The notes beneath the pieces were generated by a model. It searched no databases and was not told the origin of the DNA. It worked only from the letters and a program-made list of their open reading frames with translations. A DNA stretch of 32,000 nt from Methylophaga frappieri (GTDB lineage: Bacteria; Pseudomonadota; Gammaproteobacteria; Nitrosococcales; Methylophagaceae): assembly GCF_000260965.1 (NCBI RefSeq), contig NC_017856.1, positions 1,860,001-1,892,000 on the forward strand, in the 5' to 3' direction. This document shows positions 1 to 9,698 of this stretch, piece by piece. A program made the translations under genes and the position numbers. The stretch's first letter is position 1, and the number at the start of each line of letters is the position of its first letter.

Positions 1-162
1 AGCGAATAACTCTTTGGCCTGATCACCGGTCGCGGCTTTAAACCCACCCCCAATCATGCCAACCGCAACCAGCAATAAATAAATTAAAAATGCGATAAAG
101 AACCACTGATACCAGTTGGATGATCCCACCTGGCCGTGTTCATGGGATGCAACAGTAACCAT
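1..162 (-). CDS. Na+/phosphate cotransporter family protein, N-terminal 54 codons only (gene continues beyond window start)
   Basis: Minus-strand ATG at 162 is preceded by GGGGGAA. My hand translation, MVTVASHEHGQVGSSNWYQWFFIAFLIYLLLVAVGMIGGGFKAATGDQAKELFA, stays open to the window edge. A TM helix followed by GMIGxGFKxxTGxxAKELF resembles N-termini of Na/Pi cotransporter (NptA-like) proteins as I recall them. Confidence 0.5.
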   Translation of the reverse strand, partial: MVTVASHEHGQVGSSNWYQWFFIAFLIYLLLVAVGMIGGGFKAATGDQAKELFA

Positions 163-605
163 GAATTCCCCCCGTTAGAGTTTATGTCGTTAACGAAAGA
201 AACGTTCAGGTTCGTTACTCAAGCGACGTTTCAATGCGCTGAATCACACTACCAACCGAATATGTCAGATTGATGACGATTGCCTTGCCTTTGCGAGTAC
301 CTGAACAACTCGTTACGGCATAAATGTCGTACCGCGATCAGCACGGGTTCAAAACACGGAATAAAGCAAAAGATGCAACTGAACTGCCGGATAGTCCGGA
401 GAAAACTCCCAGTGACGATACGGGAATTGTAAAAATGGCTGCAAGCTTTGATACGGTTAGATTTTTCTCAAGTGCCTTCAGAAACAGGGCCCACATTTCA
501 CCAGTTTCACTCGAAACGTGGTAAGCAATAACAGACAAAAATGCTCGTAATAGCTAGCCGTTGAATGGGGTTAGATGAGTTTTGAGGAATTCTCAGGAAG
601 TGACT

Positions 606-1964
606 TTATTTACCGATACAGAAACTGGCAAAGATTCGATCTAGTAGATCTTCATTGGTGAATGTGCCTGTGATTTCGCCAAGTGCTTGTTGTGCCTGAC
701 GTAACTCCTCGGCCAACAACTCGCCCGCACCCATCCCCGTCAGACAGGCATAACCTGCCTCGATTGCCTGCTGGGCACGGTGAAGCGCATCCAGGTGGCG
801 ACGACGAGCAATGAAAATGCCTTGTTCATCTGGGTGAAAGCCAACCGCCGTTTGCAGATGCTGCGTCAATAACTCAATTCCGGCTCCTGTCTTGGCAGAT
901 AGATAGATTATGGTCTTATCTTTATCCTGAATTCGTTCAGGCGCATGACCACTTTGATCGATTTTATTACGGATAATCGTCAACGGCTTATCGGCGGGCA
1001 AATCAGCCAGTATGGCCTCGTCTTTAGCCGTCATGCCCTCAGCATCATTCACCATCAGCAAAATATGGTCTGCTTGGGCGAGTTCGTGCCGTGTTCGACG
1101 GATACCTTCCAATTCAACGGCATTGTCTGTTGCATCATGCAGACCTGCCGTATCAGAGATACGTAATGGCAGACCGCCAAGGTGAATTTGTTCGCGAAGA
1201 ACATCTCGTGTTGTACCGGCAATATCCGTGACGATTGCGGCATCATGTCCGGCCAGCTGATTGTGCAAACTGGATTTACCGGCATTTGGTTGCCCAGCCA
1301 ACACGACACTGATGCCTTCACGCAGCAAGCGGCCTTGACGGGCACTATCTTGAATACCATTCAAGGTTGTCAGTAACGCTTGTAGTTGTTTGTCTACTTG
1401 GGCTTCCCCGAGAAAGTCGATTTCCTCATCCGCAAAATCAATCGATGCCTCAACAAACATCCGAAGATGGGTAAGCTCGGTTAAAAAATCATTAATTCGC
1501 TTGGAAAACGCGCCTTGAAGTGAGCGCATTGCGCTACGCGCGGCTTGTTCGGTAGCGCTCTCAATCAGATCGGCAACCGCTTCTGCCTGAGCGAGGTCCA
1601 TTTTGCCATTGAGAAAGGCACGTTCAGAAAACTCACCAGGCCGGGCCATTCTTGCGCCATGATGAATTGCCGTCTGACATAACTTGTCGAGTACGACTGG
1701 GCTACCATGTCCTTGTAATTCAACGACATCTTCACCGGTAAATGAGGCGGGCGCCTTAAAATGTATGACTACCCCGCTATCCAGAACTACATCATCTGTT
1801 CCGGTAAATGAGGCAAATTTTGCATATCTGGCTGGGCCTAATCGACCAGCGATTTTTTCAGCGATGACGACAGCCTGATTGCCAGATAATCGCACAATAC
1901 CGACACCACCTCGACCTGGCGCCGTGGCAATGGCGACGATGGTGTCGGTTTGGATTAATGCCAT
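606..1964 (-). CDS. mnmE: tRNA modification GTPase MnmE (TrmE)
   Basis: 452-aa ORF with an ATG start. It has G1 GQPNAGKSSL, G3 DTAGL, G4 NKID and the C-terminal CIGK tetrapeptide. It lies downstream of yidC in the conserved rpmH-rnpA-yidD-yidC-mnmE order. Confidence 0.95.
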   Translation of the reverse strand: MALIQTDTIVAIATAPGRGGVGIVRLSGNQAVVIAEKIAGRLGPARYAKFASFTGTDDVVLDSGVVIHFKAPASFTGEDVVELQGHGSPVVLDKLCQTAIHHGARMARPGEFSERAFLNGKMDLAQAEAVADLIESATEQAARSAMRSLQGAFSKRINDFLTELTHLRMFVEASIDFADEEIDFLGEAQVDKQLQALLTTLNGIQDSARQGRLLREGISVVLAGQPNAGKSSLHNQLAGHDAAIVTDIAGTTRDVLREQIHLGGLPLRISDTAGLHDATDNAVELEGIRRTRHELAQADHILLMVNDAEGMTAKDEAILADLPADKPLTIIRNKIDQSGHAPERIQDKDKTIIYLSAKTGAGIELLTQHLQTAVGFHPDEQGIFIARRRHLDALHRAQQAIEAGYACLTGMGAGELLAEELRQAQQALGEITGTFTNEDLLDRIFASFCIGK

Positions 1965-1976
1965 ACGCTTTGCCGT

Positions 1977-3623
1977 CTACAACGCATCCATTTGACGGGT
2001 GATGTACCACTGCTGCGCAATGGACAAAATATTATTGACCAGCCAGTACAGCACGAGACCGGCCGGGAAGAAGGCAAAGAATACCGTAAATACTAATGGG
2101 AAAATCTTCATCATCATGGCTTGGGCCGGATCTTGCGGCATTGGATTTAATTTCTGCTGGAACCACATGGTCAAACCAAATAATACCGGCAAGACAAAAT
2201 ACGGATCAATTGCCGTCAGGTCATTAATCCATAAAATAAAATCAGCCTGCCGCAGCTCAACACTTTCTACCAAGACCCAATAAAAAGCCAGGAAAACCGG
2301 CATTTGCACTAATATTGGCAGACAGCCGCCGAGCGGATTGATCTTTTCGGTGCGATACAGATCCATCATGGCTTGATTGAACTTCTGCTTATCATCACCA
2401 TAACGTTCTTTGAGCGCCGTTAATTTTGGCGTCAGCTTGCGCATTGATGCCATGGAACGGTAGCTCGTCGCTGACAATTTGAAGAACACCAATTTAATCA
2501 AGATGGTCAACAACACAATCGACCAGCCCCAATTACCGGTTAGCTTGTAGAACCACTCCATAACAATAAACAATGGCTTGGAGATGATTGTCAGTACGCC
2601 ATAATCGACCGTTAAATCCAGGTTTTCTTCGGCATCTTCCAAACGGTGTGTTTCTTTCGGACCAAGGAACATCCGATATTCACTGTCGGCACGCGCTCCT
2701 GGTGCTGCAGACAGCACAGGAAGTCGAATGCCTGCGGTGTAGTTCGTGTTATTAATGGCTTTGCCATAGAAGCTCATCTGGCCGGCATCTGTTTCGGGCA
2801 ATAAGGCCGCCACAAAATAATGCTGGATCATGGCCGCCCAACCGCCTGATACATCGCTGCGATAGGCAGATTCTTCTAAATCATCAAAGTCGACCTTTTT
2901 ATATTCATTTTCATTACTGGAGAATACAGCGCCGGTGTAGGTATAAAGCAGCATCGAATCATCAATGGGTCGAGTACGATTAAACTGGGCATAAGGATAA
3001 GCACTAAACGCATCATTGCTATTGTTTTCGACACTGTAATTAACCGTCACCAAATAACTATCTCGTGTGAAGGTATAGGTTTTGACCACCGTGACACCGG
3101 ACTCTGATTGCCAGCGAAGCGGCACCGTTAGCGTGTCTTGACCGTCAACAAGTTGGTATTCATTGGATTCCGCTTGATACACGTCATAATGTGTTGGCGC
3201 AGCGGTTTCAGATCGCAACCCAGACTGGGTGATGAAAAAAGGGTTGTTGGTATTATTTAGAAACTGAACCGGCACATCCGGCTGGTCGGCATCAACCGCA
3301 TATTGCAACAAAGCTAATTTGCGAATATCAGCACCATTGAGATCGATGTAAATATCAAAAACATCCGTTTGGACACGAACCTGACCCGCCGTGGTTTCGT
3401 TGGCTACACCGGCATCCGGAATCGTGGCGCCCGGCTCTCCCGCACTCGGCATATCCGGCAGGTCAGCTGCTTCTTGTTCTGTCATCGCCGGCGATACTGA
3501 CTGGACCGCCTCAGTTTGCGCCGTTTGCTGCGCAGGACGGACATAATCCTTTTGCCACGCTTCCCAAAGCAACAATGACACGATGAGCAAACCAAAAATA
3601 AAAAATGTTCGAAGATTATCCAT
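1977..3623 (-). CDS. yidC: membrane protein insertase YidC
   Basis: 548-aa ORF with an N-terminal TM helix, a large periplasmic domain and a C-terminal insertase core (..[22 protein letters not shown]..). Synteny with yidD/rnpA supports the call. Confidence 0.95.
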   Translation of the reverse strand: MDNLRTFFIFGLLIVSLLLWEAWQKDYVRPAQQTAQTEAVQSVSPAMTEQEAADLPDMPSAGEPGATIPDAGVANETTAGQVRVQTDVFDIYIDLNGADIRKLALLQYAVDADQPDVPVQFLNNTNNPFFITQSGLRSETAAPTHYDVYQAESNEYQLVDGQDTLTVPLRWQSESGVTVVKTYTFTRDSYLVTVNYSVENNSNDAFSAYPYAQFNRTRPIDDSMLLYTYTGAVFSSNENEYKKVDFDDLEESAYRSDVSGGWAAMIQHYFVAALLPETDAGQMSFYGKAINNTNYTAGIRLPVLSAAPGARADSEYRMFLGPKETHRLEDAEENLDLTVDYGVLTIISKPLFIVMEWFYKLTGNWGWSIVLLTILIKLVFFKLSATSYRSMASMRKLTPKLTALKERYGDDKQKFNQAMMDLYRTEKINPLGGCLPILVQMPVFLAFYWVLVESVELRQADFILWINDLTAIDPYFVLPVLFGLTMWFQQKLNPMPQDPAQAMMMKIFPLVFTVFFAFFPAGLVLYWLVNNILSIAQQWYITRQMDAL

Positions 3624-3852
3624 GATGAGATTTCGACTTTAATTCAGGAACAGGATCCTCGCCACCAGCATGCCAAGGATGACAACGCATTAACCGTCGT
3701 AAACCTAGCCATAAACCACGTATCGCCCCATGACGAGATAAGGCTTCAATCATATATTGCGAACAGGTCGGCTGAAAACGGCAGTTCATGCCCAGAAGCG
3801 GGCTTAAAAAGAAACGATAGCCCCGGACGAGCCAGATCAGGATTGTTGCCAT
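3616..3852 (-). CDS. yidD: membrane protein insertion efficiency factor YidD
   Basis: Motifs [10 protein letters not shown] and [14 protein letters not shown] are present. I prefer the ATG at 3852 (MATILIWL.., 78 aa) over the ORF-track TTG at 3873. The gene overlaps the rnpA 3' end by 16 nt and the yidC start by 8 nt. Confidence 0.85.
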   Translation of the reverse strand: MATILIWLVRGYRFFLSPLLGMNCRFQPTCSQYMIEALSRHGAIRGLWLGLRRLMRCHPWHAGGEDPVPELKSKSHHG

Positions 3853-4205
3853 TGTGTTTTCACGGTCATCCAATGCCGCCCCAATGCTGTCCGAACCTGA
3901 GTGATATCACGTTGCAAAATATCTGCGCGCGACAATACCACAATATCCAAGCTGCCTAATTGATGTTGATGTTGCCGGAATGAATCCCGAATCAGGCGTT
4001 TTATCCGATTACGTTGACAGGCGAGCTTGATATGTTTCTTGGCAATGGCCAACCCTAATCTTGGATGGCCAACGTTACTTGGCAGTGCAATTAGAGTCAG
4101 GCCGGTACCGCCACACCGCTTTCCCTGACGAAAAACCCGGGTAAAATCGCCCGGGCGATTCATTCTCATGGCTCGGCTAAAACGGGCCAAGACCATGTTA
4201 CTCAT
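3837..4205 (-). CDS. rnpA: ribonuclease P protein component
   Basis: Basic 122-aa ORF with an RNR-type motif ([22 protein letters not shown]). It starts 16 nt downstream of rpmH. Confidence 0.9.
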   Translation of the reverse strand: MSNMVLARFSRAMRMNRPGDFTRVFRQGKRCGGTGLTLIALPSNVGHPRLGLAIAKKHIKLACQRNRIKRLIRDSFRQHQHQLGSLDIVVLSRADILQRDITQVRTALGRHWMTVKTQWQQS

Positions 4206-4221
4206 TCTTTAAGGTTGAGCT

Positions 4222-4356
4222 TTACGCAGACAGTCTAGCGCGTCCTTTTGCACGGCGAGCGCTAATAACGCGACGACCACCGACTGTTTTCATACGTGCG
4301 CGAAAACCATGCGTCCGTTTACGCTTCAAATTACTTGGCTGAAAAGTTCTTTTCAT
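4222..4356 (-). CDS. rpmH: 50S ribosomal protein L34
   Basis: It is too short to appear in the ORF track. My hand translation of the minus strand gives [44 protein letters not shown] followed by a stop (TAA at 4222-4224), which is a canonical L34 sequence. Confidence 0.95.
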   Translation of the reverse strand: MKRTFQPSNLKRKRTHGFRARMKTVGGRRVISARRAKGRARLSA

Positions 4357-4438
4357 TGCATTAACTCCAGATATATCACGTGTTTTGCGGTGGTCAGCAG
4401 CTTAATTAAGCAGACAAGCCAGAGACAAAAGACATGGG

Positions 4439-4468
4439 ATTATAAAGGGTCACGCCATCCTGCGTCAA
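4439..4468 (-). promoter_or_regulatory. candidate sigma70 promoter for rpmH-rnpA (TTGACG-18 nt-TATAAT on the minus strand)
   Basis: The minus strand reads gtTTGACGcaggatggcgtgacccttTATAATccca. The -35 is at 4463-4468 and the -10 at 4439-4444, about 80 nt upstream of the rpmH ATG. Confidence 0.5.
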
Positions 4469-4474
4469 ACCACT

Positions 4475-4504
4475 TTGACACACACCACAATGAATTATTT
4501 TACT
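4475..4504 (+). promoter_or_regulatory. weak candidate dnaA promoter (TTGACA then TTTACT after 18 nt), back-to-back with the rpmH -35
   Basis: A perfect -35 TTGACA lies at 4475-4480, only 6 nt from the divergent TTGACG. The best -10 is poor (TTTACT at 4499-4504). An alternative is TTATGA-16-TATACT ending at 4560. Confidence 0.3.
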
Positions 4505-4626
4505 TGCCAAATGCCCACTATAAAGATAACTTTTATGACCTGTGCCGGACGCGTTATACTGGTCTGCACTTGGCATAACTTCACGCCAAAACCGCCAAAC
4601 AAGTCTTTTTAAATCAAGGAGTTGCT

Positions 4627-5976
4627 GTGTCCTCACCCCTTTGGGAAAAATGCCTGTCCCATTTAGAAGGTGATTTGTCGGCACAACAGCTGAACACCTG
4701 GTTACGCCCCCTACAAGCAATCGAAACGGCTGACAGTTTACGCCTTTTAGCACCAAACCCCTATGTTCAGCAGTGGGTTCAGGAACAACTGGAAACACAA
4801 ATAAACCAATTACTTACTGGCTTAACGCAAGGCGAAATAAACCGGGTTGCCATTGAAGTCGGCACCCGCGAAACACTGGCGGCGGTAAAATCAAAAGCAG
4901 TTCCTCCAGCGCCGACTGCACCCACAGCCGAAGCAGACCCATTACCCGCTATTGGCAGTCCGATGAATCCGCTGTTTACTTTTGACAGCTTTGTTGAAGG
5001 CAAGTCTAACCAGATTGCCCGGGCTGCCTCCCTGCATGTTGCTGAAGCACCGGGTACCAGTGGTTACAATCCGCTGTTTTTGTACGGTGGTACCGGTCTT
5101 GGTAAAACCCACCTGATGCTGGCCGTGGGCAACCGGATCAAACGAGATAATCCCAAAGCCAGAGTCATTTATCTTTCTTCGGAAAGGTTTGTTCAGGACA
5201 TGATCACCGCAATCCGAAATAATGTCATTGATCAATTCAAAACCCATTATCGAAGCGCGGATGCATTATTAATCGACGATATACAGTTTTTTGCCAAGAA
5301 AGAACGCTCTCAAGAAGAGTTTTTCTACACGTTTAATAGTCTGCTTGAGGGGCAACGGCAAATTATCCTGACTTGCGACCGGTTTCCCAAAGAAGTCGAA
5401 AACCTGGATGAACGACTGCAGTCTCGTTTGGGCTGGGGACTGACTGTAGCCGTAGAACCGCCAGAACTGGAAACACGCGTCGCTATCTTGATCAAAAAAG
5501 CGCACCAAAGTGGTGTGACATTGCCAGATGACGTCGCGTTTTTTGTTGCGAAGCGGATCAAATCCAATGTCCGTGATTTGGAAGGCGCGCTCCAGCGGGT
5601 CATGGCCTTCGCTCGTTTTACCAACCAGCCGCTAACGATTGAGATGACCCAGGATGCACTTAAGGATCTGTTGGCGCTGCATCAAAAGCTGGTTACCCTG
5701 GAAAGTATTCAAAAAACCACGGCGGATTATTTTAAAGTTCGGGTTTCAGATCTATTGGGGAAAAAACGCACCCGCTCCATCGCACGACCACGGCAAATCG
5801 CAATGGCCTTAGCCAAAGAACTCACTAGTCACAGTTTGCCTGAAATTGGGGATGGCTTTGGTGGCCGTGACCATACCACGGTATTACATGCCTGCCGAAA
5901 AGTCGCCGAATTGCGCGAGACCGACAATCGAGTCGCCGAAGATTATCGTAACTTATTACGTACCTTATCCAGCTAG
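4627..5976 (+). CDS. dnaA: chromosomal replication initiator protein DnaA
   Basis: 449-aa ORF with a GTG start, 5 nt after AAGGAG (4616-4621). It has Walker [11 protein letters not shown], an AAA+ core, and the C-terminal DNA-binding region ..[15 protein letters not shown]... Confidence 0.97.
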   Translation: MSSPLWEKCLSHLEGDLSAQQLNTWLRPLQAIETADSLRLLAPNPYVQQWVQEQLETQINQLLTGLTQGEINRVAIEVGTRETLAAVKSKAVPPAPTAPTAEADPLPAIGSPMNPLFTFDSFVEGKSNQIARAASLHVAEAPGTSGYNPLFLYGGTGLGKTHLMLAVGNRIKRDNPKARVIYLSSERFVQDMITAIRNNVIDQFKTHYRSADALLIDDIQFFAKKERSQEEFFYTFNSLLEGQRQIILTCDRFPKEVENLDERLQSRLGWGLTVAVEPPELETRVAILIKKAHQSGVTLPDDVAFFVAKRIKSNVRDLEGALQRVMAFARFTNQPLTIEMTQDALKDLLALHQKLVTLESIQKTTADYFKVRVSDLLGKKRTRSIARPRQIAMALAKELTSHSLPEIGDGFGGRDHTTVLHACRKVAELRETDNRVAEDYRNLLRTLSS

Positions 5977-5991
5977 TTAGCGAGAAATACC

Positions 5992-7095
5992 ATGCAATTT
6001 ACCGTTAGCCAAGAAAACCTTGTTCGCCCTCTACAATTGGTGTGCAGCATTGTCGAGCGGCGTTCTACGCTGCCAATTTTATCGAATATTCTTCTTAAAG
6101 CGCAGGCTGATAAACTCACCATGACCAGCACCGATATGGAACTGGAAATGATAGCGACCTTGCCGGTAGCGGCCGATGAAGCAGGAGAAACAACGGTTTC
6201 CGCCCGAAAGCTACTGGATATCGTGCGCGCTTTACCTGGCAGTGCAACGATCAGTTTCAAAGCAAAAGACAATAAAGCACTGGTTCAAGCCGGTAAAAGC
6301 CGGTTTTCACTGGCAACGTTGTCCGCCGATGATTTTCCACATAGCGAAGGCGCCAACTACAGCGAACAAATTAGCATGCCGCAGTCAGCGCTCAAAGATT
6401 TGCTTGATGAGACCAGTTTTGCCATGGCCAGTCAGGATGTGCGTTATTACCTTAATGGCTTGTTGCTGGAACGTGATGCCAATCAATTACGGGCCGTGGC
6501 AACGGATGGCCACCGGCTGGCTCTGGGCGAATTAACAACCGTTGAGGCAGCCGATCAAAAAACCAGTGTGATCGTTCCCCGCAAAGCCATTCTGGAACTG
6601 GGCCGTCTACTGGGTGATACCGATGCTGAGGTGAAACTGGCGTTCAGCTCGCAGCAAATCAAGGTAGAACTGCCCGACCTGCATTTCACTTCCAAGCTGA
6701 TTGATGGTCAATTTCCAAACTACGAACGGGTTTTGCCGCTTGGCGGCGATAAAATCGTATTGGCAGATCGGGACGAGTTAAAACAGGCGCTGTCTCGTGC
6801 CGCCATTCTCGCCAGTGACAAACATCGTAGTGTACGTTTGAATTTAGAGACGAATCTAATCAAAGCAACCGTCACCAATCAGGAACAAGAAACGGCGGAA
6901 GAAGAGCTGCCCGTTGAATATACAGGCAATTCGCTGGAAATTGCTTTCAACAATGCCTACTTGTTGGATCTGTTGGCGGCTATGCCGGACAGCAAGGTCA
7001 AAATGATTTTTAGCGATGAAAACAGCAGTGCATTGATTACGCCTGCCGATGAACAAATTCATCGGCAATATGTGGTCATGCCAATGCGACTATAA
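5992..7095 (+). CDS. dnaN: DNA polymerase III beta sliding clamp
   Basis: 367-aa ORF starting 15 nt after dnaA. The N-terminus MQFTVSQENLVRPLQLV and the C-terminal ..YVVMPMRL are typical of DnaN. Confidence 0.97.
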   Translation: MQFTVSQENLVRPLQLVCSIVERRSTLPILSNILLKAQADKLTMTSTDMELEMIATLPVAADEAGETTVSARKLLDIVRALPGSATISFKAKDNKALVQAGKSRFSLATLSADDFPHSEGANYSEQISMPQSALKDLLDETSFAMASQDVRYYLNGLLLERDANQLRAVATDGHRLALGELTTVEAADQKTSVIVPRKAILELGRLLGDTDAEVKLAFSSQQIKVELPDLHFTSKLIDGQFPNYERVLPLGGDKIVLADRDELKQALSRAAILASDKHRSVRLNLETNLIKATVTNQEQETAEEELPVEYTGNSLEIAFNNAYLLDLLAAMPDSKVKMIFSDENSSALITPADEQIHRQYVVMPMRL

Positions 7096-7100
7096 ATAAA

Positions 7101-7130
7101 AAAACCCTGTCCATTCAGGACAGGGTTTTT
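7101..7130. terminator. bidirectional intrinsic terminator between convergent dnaN and the YceI-like gene
   Basis: The sequence is aaaaaaaCCCTGTCCattcaGGACAGGGtttttc. It has an 8-bp GC-rich stem (7105-7112 / 7118-7125), with an A-run upstream and a T-run downstream. Confidence 0.75.
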
Positions 7131-7149
7131 CGAGAAACGCACCGTTAGC

Positions 7150-7776
7150 TTAACAGCCTGCTTCTTCAACAGGAACGGTAAAGGTAAGATCAACGGTCGA
7201 CCAGGTCTTGCCTTTGTGCCAGATAGTAGTACAAACGGCTTCAAACTTCTTGAAGGCTTCTGACGCATTAAAGTCCAGAATATCCAACGACCCTTTGGCC
7301 TGCAGCTTACCATCAACCACTTCGTAGCTCATTGGCACGGTACGGGTTTCCCCATTCATGGTCACATCCAAAGACAGCTCACCGTCTTTAATTTCGACGA
7401 TTTTGGCCTGAATAGTGCCTGGATCGACAAAGTTCATAAACAGGTTTTTAACCACGTTTTCATTTCGAACCGGTGGAATACTATCCGGCCATTCACCGCC
7501 CATACCATTACTCAAGTCATGTGACGTATCAAGTGAACTGGCATCGATATCAATGGTCGCGTTCAACAATTTGCCTGACTCAGAAGCGACTTCATATTTT
7601 GTAAAGCGGTTACCGCTTACAACATAAGATTTGTCAGGAGCACCGAAAGCGGTGAAACTAAAGTCGAAACCCTCTTTGTCCGGCGTGAAATCACACTGTG
7701 ACGCGTGAGCTGGCATGGCAAACATCACCATTAACGGCAAAGATGCTGCGATCAACTGTTTTTTGAGAACGTGCAT
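7150..7776 (-). CDS. secreted protein, tentatively YceI-like (lipid/polyisoprenoid-binding fold)
   Basis: 208-aa ORF. The ATG is preceded by AAGGATGG. The signal peptide is MHVLKKQLIAASLPLMVMFAMPAHA/SQ. The segment IDIDASSLDTSHD and later beta-rich segments (LSLDVTMNGETRTVPMSYEV) resemble YceI-family signatures. The family assignment was made by eye only. Confidence 0.55.
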   Translation of the reverse strand: MHVLKKQLIAASLPLMVMFAMPAHASQCDFTPDKEGFDFSFTAFGAPDKSYVVSGNRFTKYEVASESGKLLNATIDIDASSLDTSHDLSNGMGGEWPDSIPPVRNENVVKNLFMNFVDPGTIQAKIVEIKDGELSLDVTMNGETRTVPMSYEVVDGKLQAKGSLDILDFNASEAFKKFEAVCTTIWHKGKTWSTVDLTFTVPVEEAGC

Positions 7777-7805
7777 ATATCCATCCTTATAATTTTATGT
7801 GACTA

Positions 7806-7829
7806 ATTAATGATAATAGTTATCATTAA
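7806..7829. promoter_or_regulatory. Fur-box-like perfect palindrome upstream of the YceI-like gene
   Basis: TTAATGATAA-tag-TTATCATTAA has perfect 10-nt arms. Positions 7806-7824 match 15/19 to the Fur consensus GATAATGATAATCATTATC. It lies 31-53 nt upstream of the ATG at 7776. A Zur box is a weaker alternative (about 13/23). Confidence 0.65.
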
Positions 7830-7932
7830 CATGATATAAAGACATATTTTTTGCTCGATCTCAATCCTTTTTTGAGCAGGGAATAACAGGAATATCCGTT
7901 TTTTTATCTTCTATTTCAACTTCTTGAAATTA

Positions 7933-9675
7933 TTAATGCTTCAACTCGCCAAGCACAACCTGGTCTTCTGCCACTTTTTTCACCACATTCGAGTAGTAAT
8001 CCTCTCGGAAAGCATTGAGCACGGATCTTACTTCCGCCTCACTCACGCCATTACCAATCAACACTTGTTCGGTCAGTCGCAAACTGGTTTCCAGGGTTTC
8101 TGACACCACCGTAGTCGCGCCATTGATGACCAAGTCTGCGCAATGTTTTCGATCTCTGGCGCGAGTGTGAATCGGCATATTTGGATAAAAATTTCGAACC
8201 TGGGCCACCAAGCGATCTACCTGCTGTGGATTATCAAGTGCCACGACAATCATACTGGCTCTGTCCGCACCTGCCGCCCGCAACACTTTCATTTTACTGG
8301 CGTCACCAAAGTAAACTGGAAAACCTTGCGCCCGGGCATCCTTGACCCGTGATTCACGCATATCCAGACCAATATAATTAACACCAGCGGCGTGCATTAA
8401 AGCAGCTATACGCGCTCCAACCCGACCAAAACCGGCCAAAATAACATGCTGCTGCGCATCGTCGATAAACTCGGGCTGCTCATATTTTTCGCCATTCACT
8501 TGCTGGTGGCTGCTTAACATCAATATCAGCTTATTGACACCACGAACCGCAAATGGCGTCAGCAGCATGGTCAGCGCGATCACTAAAGTGAGCATATGGC
8601 TGATATCCGTTGCCAAAACGCCCGAACTGGCCGCAACACCAAATAGAACAAAGCCAAACTCACCACTCTGAGACAACAATGTTGCCGTTTGTAGTGACAC
8701 CGCATGCTTTGCCCCAACCAGTCTGGCGAGCACATACACGATACTGGCTTTCAACAGCATCAAGGCAATCGTCAGGCCAACGACCAATCCCAATTTGTCC
8801 CAAAGCAGATCAAAATTGATGTCCATGCCAACGGTCATGAAAAACAAGCCCAACAAAATGCCACGGAAGGGCAGAATATCAGCTTCAATCTGATGTCGAT
8901 AATGCGACTCGGCAAGCATAATGCCGGCCAAAAATGCTCCCATCGCCATGGACAGGCCAGCCCAATGCATTAACCAGGCAGCGCCGAGAACCAGCAGCAA
9001 GGCCACTGCCATAAAAACTTCCGGATCGCCACTGGCAACAATCCGGCTCAGTAATGGATTGAGCAAATAATGTCCGGCCAGTAAGAGACCAATAATGAAC
9101 AGAACCGGATACAGTAGGTGCCAGCCCGGCTCCGTCATCTCGGCACCGCCACCCGCATAATAGGAAACCAGTGCCAGCAATGGCACAACGGCAATATCCT
9201 GAAGCAGTAATACCGAAATAGACATACGCCCCATCAACGTCGAAATGCCACCTCGCTCGGAGAGCAATTGCAAACAGAAGGCGGTCGATGATAAGGCCAG
9301 GCCAAATCCAATAATAACGGCCGTTTTATGCGACAAGCCAAAACCAAAATACGCAATGGCGTAGAGGCTGGCAGCGGTAATCAATAATTGCGCCAGACCC
9401 AACCCGAAGACCAGCTTACGCATTTCCCACAATTTGTCGGGTCGTAACTCAATACCCAATACAAACAGCAGAAAAATCACCCCGAACTCGGCAAGATGTC
9501 GGACATCTTCAACTTCGGTAATCACGCTCAGCCCCCACGGGCCGAGAATCATTCCTGCAGCAAGATAGCCTAAAATGGCCCCCAGCCGAATCTTGTGAAA
9601 GATCGGCAAAATAACGACTGTTGCCAGTAACAGCATCAGCACATCTATCAAATAGTCAGCACCGCTGGTATCCAA
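7933..9675 (-). CDS. CPA2-family monovalent cation:proton antiporter with C-terminal KTN/TrkA-N domain (KefB/KefC-like)
   Basis: 580-aa ORF with a multi-TM Na/H-exchanger domain followed by a Rossmann motif (ILAGFGRVGARIA). The N-terminus aligns by eye with E. coli KefB. The only start upstream of TM1 is the TTG at 9675, because an in-frame stop at 9691-9693 limits extension. Confidence 0.85.
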   Translation of the reverse strand: MDTSGADYLIDVLMLLLATVVILPIFHKIRLGAILGYLAAGMILGPWGLSVITEVEDVRHLAEFGVIFLLFVLGIELRPDKLWEMRKLVFGLGLAQLLITAASLYAIAYFGFGLSHKTAVIIGFGLALSSTAFCLQLLSERGGISTLMGRMSISVLLLQDIAVVPLLALVSYYAGGGAEMTEPGWHLLYPVLFIIGLLLAGHYLLNPLLSRIVASGDPEVFMAVALLLVLGAAWLMHWAGLSMAMGAFLAGIMLAESHYRHQIEADILPFRGILLGLFFMTVGMDINFDLLWDKLGLVVGLTIALMLLKASIVYVLARLVGAKHAVSLQTATLLSQSGEFGFVLFGVAASSGVLATDISHMLTLVIALTMLLTPFAVRGVNKLILMLSSHQQVNGEKYEQPEFIDDAQQHVILAGFGRVGARIAALMHAAGVNYIGLDMRESRVKDARAQGFPVYFGDASKMKVLRAAGADRASMIVVALDNPQQVDRLVAQVRNFYPNMPIHTRARDRKHCADLVINGATTVVSETLETSLRLTEQVLIGNGVSEAEVRSVLNAFREDYYSNVVKKVAEDQVVLGELKH

Positions 9676-9698
9676 ATCGTTATCTCTGCTTTACATCA

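Noticed and set aside
262-279. Pho-box-like ATGTCAG-attg-ATGACGA upstream of the Na/Pi transporter gene
   Set aside because: It matches the CTGTCAT repeats at only 5/7 and 3/7, which is too weak to call.
324-538. Two 66-aa ORFs on opposite strands (324-524 plus, 338-538 minus)
   Set aside because: They overlap each other almost completely. The minus one starts with TTG. Neither has an SD or a recognisable motif. Most likely these are chance frames in a non-coding spacer.
4357-4626. oriC in the rpmH-dnaA spacer
   Set aside because: By eye I found no DnaA-box cluster or AT-rich unwinding element. I kept this as a finding to be tested rather than annotating an origin.
4309-4798. 89-aa plus-strand and 130-aa minus-strand ORFs across the rpmH-dnaA spacer
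   Set aside because: They overlap rpmH, the divergent promoters and the dnaA 5' end. Their sequences are low in complexity with no motifs. The conserved genes explain the region.
7806-7829. Reading the palindrome as a Zur box
   Set aside because: It matches about 13/23 to the gammaproteobacterial Zur consensus as I recall it, against 15/19 to Fur. Fur is preferred, but Zur is not excluded.
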